From assembly GCA_964016885.1 (NCBI GenBank), contig OZ024756.1, positions 1,674,001-1,738,000 on the forward strand: a DNA stretch of 64,000 bases, given 5' to 3'. The stretch is from Eledone cirrhosa (Eukaryota). Position 1 is the first letter of the stretch. Every line of letters begins with the position of its first letter. The notes under the pieces are model-generated. The model was given only the letters and a program-made list of their open reading frames with translations. It was not told the origin of the DNA and ran no database searches. This document shows, piece after piece, positions 1-12,000 of the stretch. A program made the translations under genes and the position numbers.

Positions 1-3000
1 TCAGTGATCTGGTCCTCTGTCTTGCTGTCTTCAGTACATCTATGAAGTGTGCAGTGTCAGTGATCTGGTCCTCTGTCTTGCTGTCTTCAGTACATCTATG
101 AAGTGTGCCGTGTCAGTGATCAGCTCCTCTGTCTTGCTGTCTTCAGTTCATCTATGATGTGTGCAGTGTCAGTGATCTGGTCCTCTATCTTGCTGTCTTC
201 AGTACATCTATGAAGTGTGCAGTGTCAGTGATCAGCTCCTCTGTCTTGCTGTCTTCAGTTCATCTATGATGTGTGCAGTGTCAGGGATCTGGTCCTCCGT
301 CTTGCTGTCTTCAGTACATCTATGTAGTGTGCAATGTCAGTGATCTGGTCCTCTATCTTGCTGTCTTCAGTTCATCTATGAAGTGTGCAGTGTCAGTGAT
401 CTGGTCCTCTGTCTTGCTGTCTTCAGTTCATCTATGAAGTGTGCAGTGTCAGTGATCTGGTCCTCCGTCTTGCTGTCTTCAGTACATCTATGAAGTGTGC
501 AGCGTCAGTGATCTGGTCCTCTGTCTTGCTGTTTTCAGTACATCTATGAAGGGTGCAGTGTCAGTGATCTGGTCCTCCGTCTTGCTGTCTTCAGTACATC
601 TATTAAGTGTGCAGTGTCAGTGATCTGGCCCTCTGTCTTGCTGTCTTCAGTTCATCTATGAAGTGTGCAGTGTCAGTGATCTGGTCCTCTGTCTTGCTGT
701 CTTCAGTACATCTATGAAGTGTGCAGTGTCAGTGATCTGGTCCTCCGTCTTGCTGTCTTCAGTACATCTATTAAGTGTGCAGTGTCAGTGATCTGGCCCT
801 CTGTCTTGCTGTCTTCGGTTCATCTATGAAGTGTGCAGTGTCAGTGATCTGGTCCTCTGTCTTGCTGTCTTCAGTTCATCTATGAAGTGTGCAGTGTCAG
901 TGATCTGGTCCTCTATCTTGCTGTCTTCAGTACATCTATGTAGTGTGCAGTGTCAGTGATCTGGTCCTCTGTCTTGCCGTCTTCAGTTCATCTATGAAGT
1001 GTGTAGTGTTTAGTGATCTGGTCCTCTGTCTTGCTGTCTTCAGTACATCTATGAAGTGTGCAGTGTCAGTGATCAGGTCCTCTGTCTTGCTGTCTTAGGT
1101 TCATCTATGAAGTGTGCAGTGTCAGTGACCTCGTCCTCTGTCTTGCTGTCTTCAGTACATCTATGAAGTGTGCAGTGTCAGTGATCAGCTCCTCTGTCTT
1201 GCTGTCTTCAGTTCATCTATGATGTGTGCAGTGTCAGTGATCTGGTCCTCCGTCTTGCTGTCTTCAGTACATCTATGTAGTGTGCAGTGTCAGTGATCTG
1301 GTCCTCTATCTTGCTGTCTTCAGTTCATCTATGATGTGTGCAGTGTCAGTGATCTGGTCCTCTGTCTTGCTGTCTTCAGTTCATCTATGAAGTGTGCAGT
1401 GTCAGTGATCTGGTCCTCCGTCTTGCTGTCTTCAGTTCATCTATGAAGTGTGCAGTGTCAGTGATCTGGTCCTCTATCTTGCTGTCTTCAGTACATCTAT
1501 GTAGTGTGCAGTGTCAGTGATCTGGTCCTCTGTCTTGCCGTCTTCAGTTCATCTATGAAGTGTGTAGTGTCAGTGATCTGGTCCTCTGTCTCGCTGTCTT
1601 CAGTACATCTATGAAGTGTGCAGTGTCAGTGATCTGGTCCTCTGTCTTGCTGTCTTCAGTTCATCTATGAAGTGTGCAGTGTCAGTGATCTGGTCCTCTA
1701 TCTTGCTGTCTTCAGTACATCTATGTAGTGTGCAGTGTCAGTGATCTGGTCCTCTGTCTTGCCGTCTTCAGTTCATCTATGAAGTGTGTAGTGTCAGTGA
1801 TCTGGTCCTCTGTCTTGCTGTCTTCAGTACATCTATGAAGTGTGCAGTGTCAGTGATCAGGTCCTCTGTCTTGCTGTCTTAGGTTCATCTATGAAGTGTG
1901 CAGTGTCAGTGATCTCGTCCTCTGTCTTGCTGTCTTCAGTACATCTATGAAGTGTGCAGTGTCAGTGATCTCGTCCTCTGTCTTGCTGTCTTCAGTACAT
2001 CTATGAGGTGTGCAGTGTCAGTGATCTGGTCCTCTGTCTTGCTGTCTTCAGTACATCTATGAAGTGTGCAGTGTCAGTGATCTGGTCCTCTGTCTTGCTG
2101 TCTTCAGTACATCTATGAAGTGTGCAGTGTCAGTGATCTGGTCCTCTGTCTTGCTGTCTTCAGTACATCTATGAAGTGTGCCGTGTCAGTGATCAGCTCC
2201 TCTGTCTTGCTGTCTTCAGTTCATCTATGAAGTGTGCAGTGTCAGTGATCTGGTCCTCTATCTTGCTGTCTTCAGTACATCTATGTAGTGTGCAGTGTCA
2301 GTGATCTGGTCCTCTGTCTTGCCGTCTTCAGTTCATCTATGAAGTGTGTAGTGTTTAGTGATCTGGTCCTCTGTCTTGCTGTCTTCAGTACATCTATGAA
2401 GTGTGCAGTGTCAGTGATCAGGTCCTCTGTCTTGCTGTCTTAGGTTCATCTATGAAGTGTGCAGTGTCAGTGATCTCGTCCTCTGTCTTGCTGTATTCAG
2501 TACATCTATGAAGTGTGCAGTGTCAGTGATCTCGTCCTCTGTCTTGCTGTCTTCAGTACATCTATGAAGTGTGCAGTGTCAGTGATCTGGTTCTCTGTCT
2601 TGCTGTCTTCAGTACATCTATGAAGTGTGCCGTGTCAGTGATCAGCTCCTCTGTCTTGCTGTCTTCAGTTCATCTATGATGTGTGCAGTGTCAGTGATCT
2701 GGTCCTCTGTCTTGCTGTCTTCAGTACATCTATGAAGTGTGCAGTGTCAGTGATCTGGTCCTCTGTCTTGCTGTCTTCAGTTCATCTATGATGTGTGCAG
2801 TGTCAGTGATCTGGTCCTCCGTCTTGCTGTCTTCAGTACATCTATGTAGTGTGCAGTGTCAGTGATCTGGTCCTCTATCTTGCTGTCTTCAGTTCATCTA
2901 TGAAGTGTGCAGTGTCAGTGATCTGGTCCTCTGTCTTGCTGTCTTCAGTTCATCTATGAAGTGTGCAGTGTCAGTGATCTGGTCCTCCGTCTTGCTGTCT

Positions 3001-6000
3001 TCAGTTCATCTATGAAGTGTGCAGTGTCAGTGATCTGGTCCTCTATCTTGCTGTCTTCAGTACATCTATGTAGTGTGCAGTGTCAGTGATCTGGTCCTCT
3101 GTCTTGCCGTCTTCAGTTCATCTATGAAGTGTGTAGTGTCAGTGATCTGGTCCTCTGTCTTGCTGTCTTCAGTACATCTATGAAGTGTGCAGTGTCAGTG
3201 ATCAGGTCCTCTGTCTTGCTGTCTTAGGTTCATCTATGAAGTGTGCAGTGTCAGTGATCTCGTCCTCTGTCTTGCTGTCTTCAGTACATCTATGAAGTGT
3301 GCAGTGTCAGTGATCTCGTCCTCTGTCTTGCTGTCTTCAGTACATCTATGAGGTGTGCAGTGTCAGTGATCTGGTCCTCTGTCTTGCTGTCTTCAGTACA
3401 TATGTGAAGTGTGCAGTGTCAGTGATCTGGTCCTCTGTCTTGCTGTCTTCAGTACATCTATGAAGTGTGCAGTGTCAGTGATCTGGTCCTCTGTCTTGCT
3501 GTCTTCAGTACATCTATGAAGTGTGCCGTGTCAGTGATCAGCTCCTCTGTCTTGCTGTCTTCAGTTCATCTATGATGTGTGCAGTGTCAGTGATCTGGTC
3601 TTCTGTCTTGCTGTCTTCAGTACATCTATGAAGTGTGCAGTGTCAGTGATCAGCTCCTCTGTCTTGCTGTCTTCAGTTCATCTATGATGTGTGCAGTGTC
3701 AGTGATCTGGTCCTCCGTCTTGCTGTCTTCAGTACATCTATGTAGTGTGCAGTGTCAGTGATCTAGTCCTCTATCTTGCTGTCTTCAGTTCATCTATGAA
3801 GTGTGCAGTGTCAGTGATCTGGTCCTCTGTCTTGCTGTCTTCAGTTCATCTATGAAGGGTGCAGTGTCAGTGATCTGGTCCTCCATCTTGCTGTCTTCAG
3901 TACATCTATGAAGTGTGCAGCGTCAGTGATCTGGTCCTCTGTCTTGCTGTCTTCAGTACATCTATGAAGGGTGCAGTGTCAGTGATCTGGTCCTCTGTCT
4001 TGCTGTCTTCAGTACATCTATGAAGTGTGCAGTGTCAGTGATCAGGTCCTCTCTCTTGCTGTCTTCAGTTCATCTATGTAGTGTGCAGTGTCAGTGATCT
4101 GGTCCTCTGTATTGCTGTCTTCAGTTCATCTATGAAGTGTGCAGCGTCAGTGATCTGGTCCTCTGTCTTGCTGTCTTCAGTTCATCTATGAAGTGTGCAG
4201 TGTCAGTGATCTGGTCCTCTGTCTTGCTGTCTTCAGTACATCTATGAGGTGTGCAGTGTCAGTGATCTGGTCCTCTGTCTTGCTGTCTTCAGTACATCTA
4301 TGAAGTGTGCAGTGTCAGTGATCTGGTCCTCCGTCTTGCTGTCTTCAGTACATCTATGTAGTGTGCAGTGTCAGTGATCTGGTCCTCTATCTTGCTGTCT
4401 TCAGTTCATCTATGAAGTGTGTAGTGTCAGTGATCTGGTCTCGTCCTCTATCTTGCTGTCTTCAGTTCATCTATGAACTGTGCAGTGTCAGTGATCTGGT
4501 CCTCTATCTTGCTGTCTTCAGTTCATCTATGAAGTGTGTAGTGTCAGTGATCTGGTCTCGTCCTCTGTCTTGCTGTCTTCAGTTCATCTATGAAGTGTGC
4601 AGTGTCAGTGATCTCGTCCTCTATCTTGCTGTCTTCAGTTCATCTATGAAGTGTGCAGTGTCAGTGATTTGGTCCTCTGTCTTGCTGTTTTCAGTTCATC
4701 TATGAAGTGTGCAGTGTCAGTGATCTGGTCCTCTGTCTTGCTGTCTTCAGTTCATCTATGAAGTGTGCAGCGTCAGTGATCTCGTCCTCTGTCTTGCTGT
4801 CTTCAGTACATCTATGAAGTGTGCAGTGTCAGTGATCTGGTCCTCTGTCTTGCTGTCTTCAGTACATCTATGTAGTGTGCAGTGTCAGTGATCTGGTCCT
4901 CTGTCTTGCTGTCTTCAGTACATCTATGAAGTGTGCAGTGTCAGTGATCTGGTCCTCTGTCTTGCTGTCTTCAGTACATCTATGAAGTGTGCAGTGTCAG
5001 TGATCTGGTCCTCTGTCTTGCTGTCTTCAGTTCATCAATGAAGTGTGCAGTGTCAGTGATCTGGTCCTCTGTCTTGCTGTCTTCAGTTCATCTATGAAGT
5101 GTGCAGTGTCAGTGATCTGGTCCTCTGTCTTGCTGTCTTCAGTTCATCTATGAAGTGTGCAGTGTCAGTGATCTGGTCCTCTGTCTTGCTGTTTTCAGTT
5201 CATGTATGAAGTGTGCAGTGTCAGTGATCTGGTCCTCTGTCTTGCTGTCTTCAGTACATCTATGAAGTGTGCAGTGTCAGTGATCTGGTCCTCTGTCTTG
5301 CTGTCTTCAGTACATCTATGATGTGTACAGTGTCAGTGATCTGGTCCTCTGTCTTGCTGTCTTCAGTTCATCTATGAAGTGTGCAGTGTCAGTGATCTGG
5401 TCCTCTGTCTTGCTGTCTTCAGTTCATCTATGAAGTGTGCAGTGTCAGTGATCTGGTCCTCTGTCTTGCTGTCTTCAGTTCATCTATGAAGTGTGCAGTG
5501 TCAGTGATCTGGTCCTCTGTCTTGCTGTCTTCAGTTCATCTATGATGTGTGCAGTGTCAGTGATCTGGTCCTCTGTCTTGCTGTCTTCAGTACATCTATG
5601 AAGTGTGCAGTGTCAGTGATCTGGTCCTCTGTCTTGCTGTCTTCAGTACATCTATGATGTGTGCAGTGTCAGTGATCTGGTCCTCTGTCTTGCTGTCTTC
5701 AGTTCATCTATGAAGTGTGCAGTGTCAGTGATCTGGTCCTCTGTCTTGCTGTCTTCAGTTCATCTATGAAGTGTGCAGTGTCAGTGATCTGGTCCTCTGT
5801 CTTGCTGTCTTCAGTTCATCTATGAAGTGTGCAGTGTCAGTGATCTGGTCCTCTGTCTTGCTGTCTTCAGTTCATCTATGAAGTGTGCAGTGTCAGTGAT
5901 CTGGTCCTCTGTCTTGCTGTCTTCAGTACATCTATGAAGTGTGCAGTGTCAGTGATCTGGTCCTCTGTCTTGCTGTCTTCAGTACATCTATGATGTGTGC

Positions 6001-9000
6001 AGTGTCAGTGATCTGGTCCTCTGTCTTGCTGTCTTCAGTTCATCTATGAAGTGTGCAGTGTCAGTGATCTGGTCCTCTGTCTTGCTGTCTTCAGTTCATC
6101 TATGAAGTGTGCAGTGTCAGTGATCTGGTCCTCTGTCTTGCTGTCTTCAGTTCATCTATGAAGTGTGCAGCGTCAGAGATCTGGTCCTCTGTCTTGCTGT
6201 CTTCAGTTCATCTATGTAGTGTGCAGTGTCAGGGATCTGGTCCTCTATCTTGCTGTCTTCAGTTCATCTATGAAGTGTGCAGTGTCAGTGATCTGGTCCT
6301 CTGTCTTGCTGTCTTCAGTACATCTATGAAGTGTGCAGTGTCAGTGATCTGGTCCTCTGTCTTGCTGTCTTCAGTTCATCAATGAAGTGTGCAGTGTCAG
6401 TGATCTGGTCCTCTGTCTTGCTGTCTCCAGTTCATCTATGAAGTGTGCAGTGTCAGTGATCTGGTCCTCTGTCTTGCTGTCTTCAGTTCATCTATGAAGT
6501 GTGCAGTGTCAGTGATCTGGTCCTCTGTCTTGCTGTTTTCAGTTCATCTATGAAGTGTGCAGTGTCAGTGATCTGGTCCTCTGTCTTGCTGTCTTCAGTA
6601 CATCTATGAAGTGTGCAGTGTCAGTGATCTGGTCCTCTGTCTTGCTGTCTTCAGTTCATCTATGAAGTGTGCAGTGTCAGTGATCTGGTCCTCTGTCTTG
6701 CTGTCTTCAGTTCATCTATGAAGTGTGCAGTGTCAGTGATCTGGTCCTCTGTCTTGCTGTCTTCAGTTCATCTATGAAGTGTGCAGTGTCAGTGATCTGG
6801 TCCTCTGTCTTGCTGTTTTCAGTTCATGTATGAAGTGTGCAGTGTCAGTGATCTGGTCCTCTGTCTTGCTGTCTTCAGTACATCTATGAAGTGTGCAGTG
6901 TCAGTGATCTGGTCCTCTGTCTTGCTGTCTTCAGTACATCTATGATGTGTACAGTGTCAGTGATCTGGTCCTCTGTCTTGCTGTCTTCAGTTCATCTATG
7001 AAGTGTGCAGTGTCAGTGATCTGGTCCTCTGTCTTGCTGTCTTCAGTTCATCTATGAAGTGTGCAGTGTCAGTGATCTGGTCCTCTGTCTTGCTGTCTTC
7101 AGTTCATCTATGATGTGTGCAGTGTCAGTGATCTGGTCCTCTGTCTTGCTGTCTTCAGTACATCTATGAAGTGTGCAGTGTCAGTGATCTGGTCCTCTGT
7201 CTTGCTGTCTTCAGTACATCTATGATGTGTGCAGTGTCAGTGATCTGGTCCTCTGTCTTGCTGTCTTCAGTTCATCTATGAAGTGTGCAGTGTCAGTGAT
7301 CTGGTCCTCTGTCTTGCTGTCTTCAGTTCATCTATGAAGTGTGCAGTGTCAGTGATCTGGTCCTCTGTCTTGCTGTCTTCAGTTCATCTATGAAGTGTGC
7401 AGTGTCAGTGATCTGGTCCTCTGTCTTGCTGTCTTCAGTTCATCTATGAAGTGTGCAGTGTCAGTGATCTGGTCCTCTGTCTTGCTGTCTTCAGTACATC
7501 TATGAAGTGTGCAGTGTCAGTGATCTGGTCCTCTGTCTTGCTGTCTTCAGTACATCTATGATGTGTGCAGTGTCAGTGATCTGGTCCTCTGTCTTGCTGT
7601 CTTCAGTTCATCTATGAAGTGTGCAGTGTCAGTGATCTGGTCCTCTGTCTTGCTGTCTTCAGTTCATCTATGAAGTGTGCAGTGTCAGTGATCTGGTCCT
7701 CTGTCTTGCTGTCTTCAGTTCATCTATGAAGTGTGCAGCGTCAGTGATCTGGTCCTCTGTCTTGCTGTCTTCAGTTCATCTATGTAGTGTGCAGTGTCAG
7801 GGATCTGGTCCTCTATCTTGCTGTCTTCAGTTCATCTATGAAGTGTGCAGTGTCAGTGATCTGGTCCTCTGTCTTGCTGTCTTCAGTTCATCTATGAAGT
7901 GTGCAGTGTCAGTGATCTGGTCCTCTGTCTTGCTGTCTTCAGTTCATCTATGAAGTGTGCAGTGTCAGTGATCTGGTCCTCTGTCTTGCTGTCTTCAGTT
8001 CATCTATGAAGTGTGCAGTGTCAGTGATCTGGTCCTCTGTCTTGCTGTCTTCAGTTCATCTATGAAGTGTGCAGTGTCAGTGATCTGGTCCTCTGTCATG
8101 CTGTCTTCAGTTCATCTATGAAGTGTGCAGTGTCAGTGATCTGGTCCTCTGTCTTGCTGTCTTCAGTTCATCTATGAAGTGTGCAGTGTCAGTGATCTGG
8201 TCCTCTGTCTTGCTGTCTTCAGTACATCTATGAAGTGTGCAGTGTCAGTGATCTGGTCCTCTGTCTTGCTGTCTTCAGTACATCTATGATGTGTGCAGTG
8301 TCAGTGATCTGGTCCTCTGTCTTGCTGTCTTCAGTTCATCTATGAAGTGTGCAGTGTCAGTGATCTGGTCCTCTGTCTTGCTGTCTTCAGTTCATCTATG
8401 AAGTGTGCAGTGTCAGTGATCTGGTCCTCTGTCTTGCTGTCTTCAGTTCATCTATGAAGTGTGCAGCGTCAGTGATCTGGTCCTCTGTCTTGCTGTCTTC
8501 AGTTCATCTATGTAGTGTGCAGTGTCAGGGATCTGGTCCTCTATCTTGCTGTCTTCAGTTCATCTATGAAGTGTGCAGTGTCAGTGATCTGGTCCTCTGT
8601 CTTGCTGTCTTCAGTACATCTATGAAGTGTGCAGTGTCAGTGATCTGGTCCTCTGTCTTGCTGTCTTCAGTTCATCAATGAAGTGTGCAGTGTCAGTGAT
8701 CTGGTCCTCTGTCTTGCTGTCTCCAGTTCATCTATGAAGTGTGCAGTGTCAGTGATCTGGTCCTCTGTCTTGCTGTCTTCAGTTCATCTATGAAGTGTGC
8801 AGTGTCAGTGATCTGGTCCTCTGTCTTGCTGTTTTCAGTTCATCTATGAAGTGTGCAGTGTCAGTGATCTGGTCCTCTGTCTTGCTGTCTTCAGTACATC
8901 TATGAAGTGTGCAGTGTCAGTGATCTGGTCCTCTGTCTTGCTGTCTTCAGTTCATCTATGAAGTGTGCAGTGTCAGTGATCTGGTCCTCTGTCTTGCTGT

Positions 9001-12000
9001 CTTCAGTTCATCTATGAAGTGTGCAGTGTCAGTGATCTGGTCCTCTGTCTTGCTGTCTTCAGTTCATCTATGAAGTGTGCAGTGTCAGTGATCTGGTCCT
9101 CTGTCTTGCTGTCTTCAGTACATCTATGAAGTGTGCAGTGTCAGTGATCTGGTTCTCTGTCTTGCTGTCTTCAGTACATATATGATGTGTGCAGTGTCAG
9201 TGATCTGGTCCTCTGTCTTGCTGTCTTCAGTTCATCTATGAAGTGTGCAGTGTCAGTGATCTGGTCCTCTGTCTTGCTGTCTTCAGTTCATCTATGAAGT
9301 GTGCAGTGTCAGTGATCTGGTCCTCTGTCTTGCTGTCTTCAGTTCATCTATGAAGTGTGCAGCGTCAGTGATCTGGTCCTCTGTCTTGCTGTCTTCAGTT
9401 CATCTATGTAGTGTGCAGTGTCAGGGATCTGGTCCTCTATATTGCTGTCTTCAGTTCATCTATGAAGTGTGCAGTGTCAGTGATCTGGTCCTCTGTCTTG
9501 CTGTCTTCAGTACATCTATGAAGTGTGCAGTGTCAGTGATCTGGTCCTCTGTCTTGCTGTCTTCAGTTCATCAATGAAGTGTGCAGTGTCAGTGATCTGG
9601 TCCTCTGTCTTGCTGTCTTCAGTTCATCTATGAAGTGTGCAGTGTCAGTGATCTGGTCCTCTGTCTTGCTGTCTTCAGTTCATCTATGAAGTGTGCAGTG
9701 TCAGTGATCTGGTCCTCTGTCTTGCTGTTTTCAGTTCATCTATGAAGTGTGCAGTGTCAGTGATCTGGTCCTCTGTCTTGCTGTCTTCAGTACATCTATG
9801 AAGTGTGCAGTGTCAGTGATCTGGTCCTCTGTCTTGCTGTCTTCAGTACATCTATGATGTGTACAGTGTCAGTGATCTGGTCCTCTGTCTTGCTGTCTTC
9901 AGTTCATCTATGAAGTGTGCAGTGTCAGTGATCTGGTCCTCTGTCTTGCTGTCTTCAGTTCATCTATGAAGTGTGCAGTGTCAGTGATCTGGTCCTCTGT
10001 CTTGCTGTCTTCAGTTCATCTATGAAGTGTGCAGTGTCAGTGATCTGGTCCTCTGTCTTGCTGTCTTCAGTTCATCTATGAAGTGTGCAGTGTCAGTGAT
10101 CTTGTCCTCTGTCTTGCTGTCTTCAGTTCATCTATGAAGTGTGCAGTGTCAGTGATCTGGTCCTCTGTCTTGCTGTCTTCAGTTCATCTATGAAGTGTGC
10201 AGTGTCAGTGATCTGGTCCTCTGTCTTGCTGTCTTCAGTTCATCTATGAAGTGTGCAGTGTCAGTGATCTGGTCCTCTGTCTTGCTGTCTTCAGTTCATC
10301 TATGAAGTGTGCAGTGTCAGTGATCTGGTCCTCTGTCTTGCTGTCTTCAGTACATCTATGAAGTGTGCGGTGTCAGTGATCTGGTCCTCTGTCTTGCTGT
10401 CTTCAGTACATCTATGATGTGTGCAGTGTCAGTGATCTGGTCCTCTGTCTTGCTGTCTTCAGTTCATCTATGAAGTGTGCAGTGTCAGTGATCTGGTCCT
10501 CTGTCTTGCTGTCTTCAGTTCATCTATGAAGTGTGCAGTGTCAGTGATCTGGACCTCTGTCTTGCTGTCTTCAGTTCATCTATGAAGTGTGCAGCGTCAG
10601 TGATCTGGTCCTCTGTCTTGCTGCCTTCAGTACATCTATGAAGTGTGCAGTGTCAGTGATCTGGTCCTCTGTCTTGTTGTCTTCAGTTCATCTATGAAGT
10701 GTGCAGTGTCAGTGATCTGGTCCTCTGTCTTGCTGTCTTCAGTTCATCTATGAAGTGTGCAGTGTCAGTGATCTGGTCCTCTGTCTTGCTGTCTTCAGTT
10801 CATCTATGAAGTGTGCAGTGTCAGTGATCTGGTCCTCTGTCTTGCTGTCTTCAGTTCATCTATGAAGTGTGCAGTGTCAGTGATCTGGTCCTCTGTCTTG
10901 CTGTCTTCAGTACATCTATGAAGTGTGCAGTGTCAGTGAACTGGTCCTCCGTCTTGCTGTCTTCAGTACATCTATTAAGTGTGCAGTGTCAGTGATCTGG
11001 CCCTCTGTCTTGCTGTCTTCAGTTCATCTATGAAGTGTGCAGTGTCAGTGATCTGGTCCTCTGTCTTGCTGTCTTCAGTACATCTATGAAGTGTGCAGTG
11101 TCAGTGATCTGGTCCTCTATCTTGCTGTCTTCAGTTCATCTATGAAGTGTGCAGTGTCAGTGATCTGGTTCTCTGTCTTGCTGTCTTCAGTTCATCTATG
11201 AAGTGTGCAGTGTCAGTGATCTGGTCCTCTGTCTTGCTGTCTTCAGTTCATCTATGAAGTGTGCAGTGTCAGTGATCTGGTCCTCTGTCTTGCTGTCTTC
11301 AGTTCATATATGAAGTGTGCAGTGTCAGTGATCTGGTCCTCTATCTTGCTGTCTTCAGTACATCTATGAAGTGTGCAGTGTCAGTGATCTGGTCCTCTGT
11401 CTTGCTGTCTTCAGTACATCTATGAAGTGTGCAGTGTCAGTGATCAGCTCCTCTGTCTTGCTGTCTTCAGTTCATCTATGATGTGTGCAGTGTCAGTGAT
11501 ATGGTCCTCCGTCTTGCTGTCTTCAGTACATCTATGTAGTGTGCAGTGTCAGTGATCTGGTCCTCTATCTTGCTGTCTTCAGTTCATCTATGAAGTGTGC
11601 AGTGTCAGTGATCTGGTCCTCTGTCTTGCTGTCTTCAGTTCATCTATGAAGTGTGCAGTGTCAGTGATCTGGTCCTCCGTCTTGCTGTCTTCAGTACATC
11701 TATGAAGTGTGCAGCGTCAGTGATCTGGTCCTCTGTCTTGCTGTCTTCAGTACATCTATGAAGGGTGCAGTGTCAGTGATCTGGTCCTCTGTCTTGCTGT
11801 CTTCAGTACATCTATGAAGTGTGCAGTGTCAGTGATCAGGTCCTCTGTCTTGCTGTCTTCAGTTCATCTATGTAGTGTGCAGTGTCAGTGATCTGGTCTT
11901 CTGTATTGCTGTCTTCAGTTCATCTATGAAGTGTGCAGCGTCAGTGATCTGGTCCTCTGTCTTGCTGTCTTCAGTACATCTATGAAGTGTGCAGTGTCAG

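Noticed and set aside
17-31. Paired GTCT (SMAD-box-like) and other short transcription-factor motifs
   Set aside because: Matches of 4-6 bp are expected by chance and nothing in the sequence supports function.
46-62. V(D)J RSS-like heptamers (CAGTG twice; CACTG on the minus strand)
   Set aside because: There is no full CACAGTG heptamer and no ACAAAAACC-like nonamer at 12- or 23-bp spacing.
1-112. Hammerhead ribozyme, as in newt satellite 2 or schistosome Sm-alpha: the minus strand has CTGAAGA, matching the CUGANGA core
   Set aside because: The consensus has no downstream GAAA core on that strand and I could not build stems I-III. An Infernal search with Rfam hammerhead models on a dimer would settle it.
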